Below are positions 38,600 to 46,694 of a DNA stretch of 64,000 bases, one piece after another. The notes beneath the pieces were generated by a model, which did not search any database, was not told where the DNA came from, and was given only the letters and a program-made list of their open reading frames with translations. A program made the position numbers and the translations under genes. Position 1 is the stretch's first letter. Each line of letters begins with the position of its first letter. Origin of the DNA: a virus (lineage: Duplodnaviria; Caudoviricetes); the IMG/VR virus record IMGVR_UViG_3300033066_002329, positions 1 through 64,000 of that record. The stretch is one strand, 5' to 3'.

Positions 38600-39304
38600 C
38601 TACCAATAATCCCATCTTGCAGAATTTCTGTGGTGATATCTGTATTCGTATTTATCGAATTCATCACCTCCGAACATCATATTCTTATAGACAGTTTGTT
38701 TAGAATTTCTTCTATCTGAACGATGGTATGGTTTTATGAAATCTTTTGGAGGATTTGCATCTCCCCATATTTGGACATCATAGAATTTTTTGCTAGATAA
38801 TTCATCATGCTTTTCATTGATTTGGCTTTCTATTACAGAATCAAACTCTTTATAATGAGTCACCCAACGAGCTTTAATTTTTATAACGAAGAAGTATGTT
38901 TGAACCACACATCTGTAACGTGGCCAAAAACTATTGTAGTCTTTATCTCCATAAGTTATTTTACAGAAGTATTTTTTAACTTCTGGCTCTAAGCCCTCAT
39001 AGACTCTTTCTGAAATATAACCGAATCCAGGACTTACATATTCGTATTTCCCTTTTCTGATTTTTTTCTTGAAAGATTTGTCTCTATTCCAGACTCTTTC
39101 TCCTACAAGTTGGATACATTTATAGAATACCCAAGCATCATCACGATTCTTGATGTCATCTCTTAAGTCCCATACTTTGTAGTAGCCATCTTTATATGGC
39201 TTTTCTAATTCTATCCAGTTTTGATTATCCTGGATTTTTTCAAGCTCCCATTTGTCTCTTTGGACTTTGAGCTTCTCTTTGTAAAGAGGATGTTTTGTGT
39301 TCAT
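38600..39304 (-). CDS. basic, Trp/Arg-rich hypothetical protein
   Basis: ORF. Confidence 0.65.
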   Translation of the reverse strand: MNTKHPLYKEKLKVQRDKWELEKIQDNQNWIELEKPYKDGYYKVWDLRDDIKNRDDAWVFYKCIQLVGERVWNRDKSFKKKIRKGKYEYVSPGFGYISERVYEGLEPEVKKYFCKITYGDKDYNSFWPRYRCVVQTYFFVIKIKARWVTHYKEFDSVIESQINEKHDELSSKKFYDVQIWGDANPPKDFIKPYHRSDRRNSKQTVYKNMMFGGDEFDKYEYRYHHRNSARWDYW

Positions 39305-39319
39305 ACGATTTTAGTTTAC

Positions 39320-39370
39320 TTACCAAAATCGCCAAACTCCTCCTGCAGTGCTTTTTAAGTTATTTTTCAT
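39320..39370 (-). CDS. 16-aa peptide MKNNLKSTAGGVWRFW
   Basis: Manual translation, ATG..TAA, A-rich upstream context. Confidence 0.35.
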   Translation of the reverse strand: MKNNLKSTAGGVWRFW

Positions 39371-39394
39371 TTTTTTATTTTTGTTTTTTATCCG

Positions 39395-39466
39395 TAGCCT
39401 CGGCAGGAATCGAACCTGCATCTGAAGTTTAGGAAACTTTTATTCTATCCATTGAACTACGAAGCC
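39395..39466 (-). tRNA. tRNA-Arg(CCT)
   Basis: Canonical, loop TTCCTAA. Confidence 0.88.
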
Positions 39467-39732
39467 AAATCATCTTGAATATCATTCCAGATTTGCTTAT
39501 TAATTTTAAACTTTGGAGTACGTTCATATTTTTCATATGTACACATCCAACAATTACATGGCCTTGCTGTCGTTCTTAAAAAAGTGCAAGACTCCCCTTT
39601 TTCTATCTCCTTAATCCACTCTTCTCTTTTTTGTGGATGATAGCTATAAGTTCCTTGAGTCCAAACTTTAATTCTTTTCTTAAACTTTACTTTTTTTTTG
39701 TAACGTCTTAGGGCTCTTTTATAATTTTTCAT
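39457..39732 (-). CDS. basic hypothetical protein with CxCxxC
   Basis: ORF; PCNCWMC. Confidence 0.6.
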   Translation of the reverse strand: MKNYKRALRRYKKKVKFKKRIKVWTQGTYSYHPQKREEWIKEIEKGESCTFLRTTARPCNCWMCTYEKYERTPKFKINKQIWNDIQDDLAS

Positions 39733-39733
39733 A

Positions 39734-39805
39734 TACTTCAGGTGTTATCCTCACCAGAATGCGTCGAAGTATTTCGATTTAGCATCTGGCTTAGCGCCTG
39801 CAGTA
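39734..39805 (-). other. long imperfect hairpin abutting start codon
   Basis: TACT.CAGG/CCTG.AGTA, CCAGA/TCTGG, TCGAA-ATAC-TTCGA. Confidence 0.4.
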
Positions 39806-39855
39806 TCTGAGTTTAATATTAAACATAGTTTTATTTTTTATAAATATACGAATTT

Positions 39856-40584
39856 TTAAGAGAACTTCTCAATCATTTTACGAGAAATCTCCTCCTTAAG
39901 TTGCAAATTTGTTTCATATTTATCAATTTCTACACCTAAATGCCTGGCAATCAAATGAATATTTTTTGTTCCATCCTCATTCATATTTGCCTTTCTAATC
40001 TTTTTATCATAATCTTCATCAAATAGATAAAGTACATGCTTTTCTCCTGCGGACTTAGACATTTTCTTTGTTGGGTCTATAAGTGACATAACCTTGTCTG
40101 CATCTCCAAATTCATATTTATAATATTTTCCATCAACTCTTTTAGATATGTCATTACAAAGGTCTATATGAGCAACTTGGTCTTTACCAACAATAATTAC
40201 ATCTGGGTCATTCATCATAATATCTGCAGCCATAAGTACAGGATATAACAATAGGCCCATATCAAATTTAACATCATCTTTTTTATCCTTGTATTGAGGC
40301 ATCTTAACAAGAGTAGGTAAACTAAGTTTGCAACATAATTTAAAAAAAAGTTCAGTATATTCTGGAGTTTGTCTTTTAATGTTTTTACAGCCAAGTCTAA
40401 TTAATTCTTGCTCTGTTACATCTGAATAATTATCAGTTGTTAGAGCATGATAATTTGCTATAAGAAATGTTACATCGTGACCCTGCGCTTGAAGCTCAAG
40501 TCCTCTCTTAATGCATCCCAAATAGTTTCCGATATGAAGTCGTCCTGTAGGTTGAATCCCAATAAGATATTTTTTTGTTTCCAT
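39856..40584 (-). CDS. trpS: tryptophanyl-tRNA synthetase (short, 242 aa)
   Basis: GIQPTGRLHIGNYLG; YPVLMAADI; VGKDQ; KMSKS. Confidence 0.88.
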   Translation of the reverse strand: METKKYLIGIQPTGRLHIGNYLGCIKRGLELQAQGHDVTFLIANYHALTTDNYSDVTEQELIRLGCKNIKRQTPEYTELFFKLCCKLSLPTLVKMPQYKDKKDDVKFDMGLLLYPVLMAADIMMNDPDVIIVGKDQVAHIDLCNDISKRVDGKYYKYEFGDADKVMSLIDPTKKMSKSAGEKHVLYLFDEDYDKKIRKANMNEDGTKNIHLIARHLGVEIDKYETNLQLKEEISRKMIEKFS

Positions 40585-41027
40585 GATAATGTTTTTAATT
40601 TTGTTTCATTTAAATTTTCTTCACAAAAACCGATAAGTGGTTTTGTTTTAATCCAAGAGTCTTTATCAGAAAGACCTTCAAGAGAAGAATCATCATCAAT
40701 TAAAATAAAATTATCAAAATTATTTTCAGCAATAAATTTTTCAAATTCTTCTTTTCTACTTATATAACCATAAATAGGAACGATACCGTCAATTTGTTTT
40801 TTGATATTTCTATTTTTAAATATTTGATTTAACTCTTCATTTTTTTTTGTTCTTCTCCTATCAGAGATAAGCCATAATTCAAAATTTAAATCATCTGTAA
40901 GCTCATTAAAATTATCTACAGCTATAGAGTTGAATTTTGAATAACCATCGCTTTCTAATTCATCTCTACGCCAAGAAGGAGTTGTAATAAGAACTCCATC
41001 CAAGTCTAATATAATTACATTTTTCAT
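40470..41027 (-). CDS. HAD phosphatase, Swiss-Army-knife RNA-repair type
   Basis: IILDLDGVL...ILIDDD; likely start ATG 41027. Confidence 0.7.
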   Translation of the reverse strand: MKNVIILDLDGVLITTPSWRRDELESDGYSKFNSIAVDNFNELTDDLNFELWLISDRRRTKKNEELNQIFKNRNIKKQIDGIVPIYGYISRKEEFEKFIAENNFDNFILIDDDSSLEGLSDKDSWIKTKPLIGFCEENLNETKLKTLSWKQKNILLGFNLQDDFISETIWDALREDLSFKRRVTM

Positions 41028-41030
41028 TTG

Positions 41031-41104
41031 CACTAGCGGCAGGAATCGAACCTGCCCACGGAGATTTGGAGTTTCCATCGCCTACCCTTGGGACATTCGC
41101 TAGT
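41031..41104 (-). tRNA. tRNA-Trp(CCA), atypical D and anticodon stems
   Basis: Loop CTCCAAA, G73, A30:C40 mismatch. Confidence 0.8.
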
Positions 41105-41198
41105 ATGTGATGATTCTCATTACTATTGAATCATCATTGAATTGCATCCTTCCTTTCGTAAGTGAGTAAGAGATTTAAAAATCTCAGCAATTCTATTG

Positions 41199-41269
41199 CA
41201 CGCCTGGACAGATTCGAACTGCCATCAAAAGTTTTGGAGACTTCTATTCTACCATTGAACTACAGACGT
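41199..41269 (-). tRNA. tRNA-Trp(CCA)
   Basis: Canonical, loop CTCCAAA, G73. Confidence 0.9.
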
Positions 41270-41278
41270 ATATTTTTG

Positions 41279-41355
41279 CAGCCACCACGGGAGTCGAACC
41301 CGTATGTATCCAGTTACTCTTTCAACTGTTTAGAAGACAGAGGAGTTATGCAGCC
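41279..41355 (-). ncRNA. rearranged tRNA-Arg(TCT)-like RNA (anticodon arm inside D-stem)
   Basis: ACTC [CTGT CTTCTAA ACAG] GAGT, then AACTGGATA, then T-arm ACGGG TTCGACT CCCGT. Confidence 0.65.
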
Positions 41356-41453
41356 ATAATAAAAAATAATTATGAATAACTGGAATTGCGATATTCCATT
41401 ACGTTATTAGCGTTGTCGCAGTCTCACTACTATACAGCCATAATTATTTTTTG

Positions 41454-41526
41454 TGACCCTAGAGGAATTCGAATCCCCATTAAAAGCTTAGAAGGCTCTT
41501 GTCCTATCCAGTTGAACGATAAGGCC
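41454..41526 (-). tRNA. tRNA-Arg(TCT)
   Basis: Canonical, loop CTTCTAA. Confidence 0.9.
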
Positions 41527-41607
41527 ATTTATAGTTAGTCTAAGTAGTTTTATGATGCCAACTATTAAATGCATCCTCATAACGGATTACTACAATCCTT
41601 GAATTTG

Positions 41608-41688
41608 TGCTAAGTAGTGGAGTCGAACCACCAGATAATCAGTACGTACATAACTATCTTTCCAAATGCATGCTTATTTGACCTCAAC
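41608..41688 (-). ncRNA. tRNA-like RNA without a recognisable anticodon loop
   Basis: T-arm GGTGG TTCGACT CCACT; stems CAAAT/ATTTG and AGATAGT/ATTATCT. Confidence 0.4.
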
Positions 41689-41692
41689 ATTG

Positions 41693-41780
41693 CGGAAGCA
41701 GTCGTATTCGAAACGAGCCCAACTAAATGGGTTCTTGTTTTCCAAACAAGCAAGAGCCACCTGCCCTATCTTCAACTTCC
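41693..41780 (-). tRNA. tRNA-Ser(GGA)
   Basis: Loop TTGGAAA, long variable arm, G73. Confidence 0.85.
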
Positions 41781-41781
41781 A

Positions 41782-41870
41782 TGGCGGAAAACGGAGCAAT
41801 CGAAGCCCAGTCAAATTAATGACCCTCTCGCTTAGCAGGCGGAGATAGAACCCTGTCTATTTCGTTTTCC
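41782..41870 (-). tRNA. tRNA-Ser(GCT) with encoded CCA
   Basis: Loop CTGCTAA, long variable arm. Confidence 0.88.
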
Positions 41871-41939
41871 ATTTTTTATGCGGAACTAAAAAGATTCAAA
41901 AATCAATTTTTACCACATATTTATTATAAAACTTAATTT

Positions 41940-42605
41940 ATGAAACCATTATATACTCAGCAACAATTTGACAGTGCTAAATCAAGAGATAAACTTCCTT
42001 GTGAATGTTATATTTGTAAAAATACTTTTTATAAAATAAAGTATGATATACAAAAACATTTAAACTCTAATAATATGCACAAAATAAAATACTGCTCTTC
42101 TAAATGCACTATTACTAAACAAACAGTTAACTGTATTCAATGTAATAAATCATTTTCTAAAGTTTTAAATCAAATCAAAAAAACAAAGAATAATTTTTGT
42201 TCAAAATCTTGTGCTGCAACTTACAACAATGCTCATAAGACCATTGGCACAAGACGTTCAAAACTTGAAATTTATCTTGAACAACAACTTACAACCTTAT
42301 ATCCAAATCTTCATGTTGACTTCAACAAAAAAGAAGCGATTAATTCTGAACTTGACATCTACATTCCATCTTTAAAACTTGCATTTGAGCTTAATGGCAT
42401 CTATCATTATGAGCCAATTCATGGTCAAAATAAATTAAGTCAAACACAAAATAACGACCAACGTAAATTCCAGGCTTGTATTGAACAAGGTATATCACTA
42501 TGTATAATTGATGTCTCTAAACAAAAATACTTTAAAGAAAGTACAAGTCAAGAGTTCTTAAGTATTATAACTGATATCATAAACAATATGTCAAAGAACA
42601 TTTAA
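41940..42605 (+). CDS. PD-(D/E)XK homing-type endonuclease antisense to tRNA-Ser genes
   Basis: C-terminal half nearly identical to 9248..9928. Confidence 0.8.
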   Translation: MKPLYTQQQFDSAKSRDKLPCECYICKNTFYKIKYDIQKHLNSNNMHKIKYCSSKCTITKQTVNCIQCNKSFSKVLNQIKKTKNNFCSKSCAATYNNAHKTIGTRRSKLEIYLEQQLTTLYPNLHVDFNKKEAINSELDIYIPSLKLAFELNGIYHYEPIHGQNKLSQTQNNDQRKFQACIEQGISLCIIDVSKQKYFKESTSQEFLSIITDIINNMSKNI

Positions 42606-42609
42606 TCAG

Positions 42610-42696
42610 AGGAGAGTGGAGGAACCGACCCCCTATCAGCTCATCACCGAAACCATAGTTTTCAAGACTATTTGCGCTCCATGCACGGCACTCTCC
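42610..42696 (-). tRNA. tRNA-Ser(TGA), degenerate T-loop, U73
   Basis: Loop CTTGAAA; acceptor GGAGAGT/ACTCTCC; T-loop TCGGTT. Confidence 0.65.
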
Positions 42697-42706
42697 ATTT
42701 TTATTC

Positions 42707-42740
42707 AAAAAAAAATCCTGATTCTTTTGGAACCAGGATT
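42707..42740 (-). terminator. attenuator terminator of tRNA operon 2
   Basis: AATCCTGGTTC-CAAAA-GAATCAGGATT + T run. Confidence 0.85.
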
Positions 42741-42781
42741 CAATATTGTAATTTAATTTATCTCTTATAACGTAAAAAAAA

Positions 42782-42868
42782 TTATGACAATATATGGCCT
42801 GGTTCGGAGTTTCTTGAACTCGAACTTGAACTTCTCCAAGACCATCTATATGTTGTTAATACTTTCAT
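42782..42868 (-). CDS. 28-aa leader peptide MKVLTTYRWSWRSSSSSSRNSEPGHILS (attenuator 2)
   Basis: ATG..TAA; 13 of codons 8-21 are Arg/Trp/Ser, the downstream tRNA set. Confidence 0.85.
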   Translation of the reverse strand: MKVLTTYRWSWRSSSSSSRNSEPGHILS

Positions 42869-42913
42869 TACTTTTAAATAGTGTAAAATTTTATTTTTTA
42901 TATTTTCTACGCA

Positions 42914-42945
42914 CAAATATATAAAAGGTTTCAATTAAATGCAAA
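42914..42945 (-). promoter_or_regulatory. Bacteroidota primary-sigma promoter TTTG-N20-TATATTTG for leader/tRNA operon 2
   Basis: Consensus match. Confidence 0.75.
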
Positions 42946-42993
42946 TATTTTTTTAATTTTATTTCTTTCTACTTGAGAATCAGTGTTTTATTT

Positions 42994-43257
42994 TTAATTA
43001 CGACGTGAATTATACTTATACCATTCAACTCTTGTAACTTTTTGTATAAATTTAGGATTTGCTAAAAAAAACATTTTTATTTTTTGACATACTTCATATT
43101 TTTCTAACTGACAAAAATATTCAAGTGCCTCTTCTATAACAAAGCTAGGTATTAGTTTAGATTCTTTTTTCTTAATTTTATTTTCAGCCAAGTCAGCTAA
43201 ACCATTGTAAACTTTTATAGATTTTTTTTCAACATTTATTTCTTCATTTATTTTCAT
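42994..43257 (-). CDS. hypothetical protein
   Basis: ORF. Confidence 0.55.
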   Translation of the reverse strand: MKINEEINVEKKSIKVYNGLADLAENKIKKKESKLIPSFVIEEALEYFCQLEKYEVCQKIKMFFLANPKFIQKVTRVEWYKYNSRRN

Positions 43258-43263
43258 AACTAA

Positions 43264-43506
43264 TTAACATAATAATCCATTCCCTTTTCCTCCTCCTAAG
43301 ATATTATTGTGTCGTGGAAGATTTCTTAAAACTTTTTTTGAAACTTCAACAGACTCACTCTCTTCTTCACTCCTATCGGGAGTTTCTTTTTTTAATACAA
43401 GAGCTAGGTGGTCCTTAATTATTGAAACTTGTTTTTCATTCAAAGTTTTAGCATCTGAAATCTCAAAATAACCTTGTAACCAATATATAAATGCCTCTGT
43501 TGTCAT
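43264..43506 (-). CDS. hypothetical phage protein (FIYWLQGYFE)
   Basis: ORF. Confidence 0.6.
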   Translation of the reverse strand: MTTEAFIYWLQGYFEISDAKTLNEKQVSIIKDHLALVLKKETPDRSEEESESVEVSKKVLRNLPRHNNILGGGKGNGLLC

Positions 43507-43591
43507 TGCTTTATTTTCTATTATAAATAACTTATTAAAACTTAAATTTGTCTTTTTAAAAATATATTTTTTTTATCCCGTTTTTTTCTTT

Positions 43592-43906
43592 TTATTGCAT
43601 ATTTACTGCTCTTAGAGGATTTCTTTCATACAAAAAATCACCTTGAATGTTATTACAATATGTAATTAACTTAAAATATTTTCTATCTTTTTTTCTTCTA
43701 AATAAATACATAGTAATACCATCTTTTTTTTGATGATTATACATATGTTCAAATGGAAAATCATCATTGATTTCATATATATCATCTTTAAAAAAAGAAC
43801 TTAAAGCTTTTTCTTCTCCATATTCAATGCAAACTTCACTAAATACTTCATCTACTATTTTAGCAGATTTTAAAAAATTTGAAATTTCGATTTTTTCCAT
43901 ACTCAA
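43592..43906 (-). CDS. hypothetical protein
   Basis: ORF. Confidence 0.55.
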   Translation of the reverse strand: MSMEKIEISNFLKSAKIVDEVFSEVCIEYGEEKALSSFFKDDIYEINDDFPFEHMYNHQKKDGITMYLFRRKKDRKYFKLITYCNNIQGDFLYERNPLRAVNMQ

Positions 43907-43923
43907 ATATAAGAAAAAGTCTT

Positions 43924-44002
43924 AAAAAAAACAAGAGCCGTGGTAATTTATCCACGACTCTTTAAGCAAACCAGGGTAGGCTTTGCCAGTAATAATTTGC
44001 TT
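43924..44002 (-). ncRNA. small RNA candidate with own ECF-type promoter (44009..44037) and terminator
   Basis: AAGCAAA/TTTGCTT hairpin then AAGAGTCGTGG/CCACGGCTCTT + T run. Confidence 0.4.
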
Positions 44003-44032
44003 ATTGTTTTATACGCAATATAGAATAAAAGG

Positions 44033-44575
44033 TTACTCTTGCTCTGGGGACATAATAACATAATGCCTCAAAGCCTCATATACACTCTTACCTTCATCAT
44101 ACATAATCTTTATATCTTCCCACTTCATAGATTCTCTATTATATTCTTCATAATCTCCATCAATCATTCCCCAATTCATTAAATAAGAAAAAGTAATTTG
44201 AAAATCTCTCCACTCACAAGTGTCTTTACTTAAATCATCAGGATAATAACTATACTTATTCACAAGCTCTTTCAATTTTAATTGAAACTCTTCTTGAAAA
44301 ATTGGATTTCCATTCTCGTCTATTTTATCTATTTTAGTTTTAAGTAAATCTATGTTTTTACAATCTACATGCATACCTGCTTCTCTTGACCAGAATATAT
44401 CTAAATGTATAATTGATTTTACTTCAGGTTCTGGTAATACCTTAAAAAGTTCATACCATTTTTTCGTTGGTTTAATCTGAGAAACTTTTAAGCCACCGAA
44501 TCCAACTCTACAGAATGGACAAGTAATTTCTGGGTGTAACAAGAATTTTTTACTGATTGGAATTTTTTTTTTCAT
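44033..44575 (-). CDS. hypothetical protein
   Basis: ORF. Confidence 0.6.
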   Translation of the reverse strand: MKKKIPISKKFLLHPEITCPFCRVGFGGLKVSQIKPTKKWYELFKVLPEPEVKSIIHLDIFWSREAGMHVDCKNIDLLKTKIDKIDENGNPIFQEEFQLKLKELVNKYSYYPDDLSKDTCEWRDFQITFSYLMNWGMIDGDYEEYNRESMKWEDIKIMYDEGKSVYEALRHYVIMSPEQE

Positions 44576-44730
44576 GAAAAAGCTTTTTCTTTTCCTTGAA
44601 AGATAGTCTCAAAACTTCAAGCTCTTCTTTCTTTTTTTTATACTCATCTCTAAGTTTATCAATTTCTTGTTCAATCAGTGATGGCTTAATAGATAATTCA
44701 TAATATTTTTTATTATAAATATGCTAATGT

Positions 44731-45024
44731 TTATAATATCTCAACTACTTTTCCAAAAATATTTTTGGTCCATCCATTGACATAGCCACTATTATTGGAT
44801 ATTTGGCACCCCTTCTTTGAATCGACTGCTGATACAAGATGAGTGTAATAATTACCCTTAACTTTACAATAAACAATATCTCCAACATCAACTTCTTCCC
44901 ATGTTGCAGGAATAATTTTTACTGGTTGTTTTGATTTTATAAGAGGAAGCATAGAATTGCCTGGCTCCTTAGAAATAATAGTTTCTCCTAAGGCAAGTTT
45001 TTCTATTTTCCAATTTCTTCCCAT
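44731..45024 (-). CDS. S24/S26 peptidase-like small protein
   Basis: GNSMLPLI...VGDIVYC...THLV. Confidence 0.6.
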   Translation of the reverse strand: MGRNWKIEKLALGETIISKEPGNSMLPLIKSKQPVKIIPATWEEVDVGDIVYCKVKGNYYTHLVSAVDSKKGCQISNNSGYVNGWTKNIFGKVVEIL

Positions 45025-45281
45025 TATTTTTTTTCATTTCTTTTTTTATACCACACACTTGCATAAGTACCTATAAATGCGCCTATTAATGCAGCAATTA
45101 CAAAAGTTTTATCATCAACATATGTATTTACAGAAAATGCTCCACAAGCCATTATCGCCATAGACCAAACTGCTGCTGCAAAACTTTTTCTTTCTTCTAC
45201 CTTAATAAAATAATAAGTCCAGCAAATATCGCCTATGCATACTGCTAAAATTACACTAAAAAATTTAATCCAATATTCCAT
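45024..45281 (-). CDS. small membrane protein
   Basis: Three hydrophobic segments. Confidence 0.6.
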   Translation of the reverse strand: MEYWIKFFSVILAVCIGDICWTYYFIKVEERKSFAAAVWSMAIMACGAFSVNTYVDDKTFVIAALIGAFIGTYASVWYKKRNEKK

Positions 45282-45283
45282 AA

Positions 45284-46684
45284 TTATATCCCTTGGCCCC
45301 CCTCTTCTTCAATTACTGTTATTATTCCCTTTTTATCTTTAGCTACACCTAAATATGTAGCTCCTCTATCAAAGTCCATAGTTTTATCATCTTTATCAAT
45401 GTAAGGAGTATCTATAGCTCCACTATTAATAAGAGTAATTAGTCTCTTTGGTAATATTATATCTTTATCTTTATTTATTCTTTCAATATTCTCAAAATCA
45501 GAAAAACGTTCTCCAGACATTTCTGTATAAGAATAAATACCATATCTACCAAAGAAAATTTTATCTAATTCTGGAGCAGCCTCAAAACATTTTTTACCAG
45601 CTTCGATTATAAATAACTCAAAATCTTTCTCTTCTTTATTTTCAAAATAATTTGTAATATCATATGACCTTACATTTTCTAAAATAACTTTACCATGATG
45701 CACAAGAGTGTATGTATCATCATAGATAGATTTTTTATATGCTTCTTCTGCTGCTTTCTCTTTTTCTTCTATTTCAATCTTAGCTTTTTCATCGTTTGAG
45801 TACTTTCTTAAATTAGGATAAGAAGATAAAACAGATTTAGATGCCTTAACCTCTACTCCTTCTAAATCATAAAATTGACTTATATCCCAATTTGAATTAT
45901 TAAGAAATTTTATTGTGTGGACTCCAAAATCTTTAAGATTTTTTATTTTTGTTTTAAGCAAATCTCTATTATCATAGTGAAGCAACTTATTCATGATAGA
46001 ACTAGTAGGCTTATAAACTCCATCTTTAATATCCATTTTAATAAAATGGTCTAAGTCAATTTTTCCTATTTTTTCTGCTGCTCCTTCCCACGTATATTCT
46101 GGATGTTTTTTTTGAATATAAGCAGATGGAGTCAGGTGAAATTCATTTGTTGGCTTTTTAGGAAATCCAATAGGACCAACTAATTCCTCTAATTCATATT
46201 CTACCAATGGAATATCTGGATTATCTTTTAATAATTCAATCAAAGTCTCAAGGCCTTCAAAAGATTTATTATAATGTTTTTTTTTATCATATCCAATACA
46301 CTGCTGTACTTCCATAGCCTTTAATCTATAACCATGATAATCCATATAAATTGCATGCTCAAAATAATCTTGTTTATAAAACTCACTTCTGTATACGCCA
46401 CTCACAAAACCATAAAATGTATAATCTCCTAAAATAAATTTCTTTCCAGCATATTTATTCCAATCTATGGAGTCATAAATTTTTTCGATTTCTTGAGGAG
46501 TAAATACTTTCCCAAATTTTTTGGAAAAATTATTCATACTATAGTGAGGGTCAAATTTTCCGTCTATTTTTTCATTCCAATTGTATCTTTGTTCTGAAGG
46601 TTTTTCATGAAAATACATATGGTCATTTAACCAAAAAGCTGTTCCATTCCAATAAGATTCGTGAAATTTTTCTATTGTCATCAT
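45284..46684 (-). CDS. hypothetical protein
   Basis: Long ORF. Confidence 0.7.
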   Translation of the reverse strand: MMTIEKFHESYWNGTAFWLNDHMYFHEKPSEQRYNWNEKIDGKFDPHYSMNNFSKKFGKVFTPQEIEKIYDSIDWNKYAGKKFILGDYTFYGFVSGVYRSEFYKQDYFEHAIYMDYHGYRLKAMEVQQCIGYDKKKHYNKSFEGLETLIELLKDNPDIPLVEYELEELVGPIGFPKKPTNEFHLTPSAYIQKKHPEYTWEGAAEKIGKIDLDHFIKMDIKDGVYKPTSSIMNKLLHYDNRDLLKTKIKNLKDFGVHTIKFLNNSNWDISQFYDLEGVEVKASKSVLSSYPNLRKYSNDEKAKIEIEEKEKAAEEAYKKSIYDDTYTLVHHGKVILENVRSYDITNYFENKEEKDFELFIIEAGKKCFEAAPELDKIFFGRYGIYSYTEMSGERFSDFENIERINKDKDIILPKRLITLINSGAIDTPYIDKDDKTMDFDRGATYLGVAKDKKGIITVIEEEGGQGI

Positions 46685-46694
46685 AATTCTAAAT

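Noticed and set aside
42610-42696. tRNA-Ser(TGA) as an opal suppressor
   Set aside because: An anticodon reading TGA decodes UCA (Ser), not UGA
44545-44720. Coiled-coil-like open frame (ELSIKPSLIEQEIDKLRDEY...)
   Set aside because: No in-frame ATG/GTG after the upstream stop; cannot distinguish a non-canonical start from a frameshifted remnant
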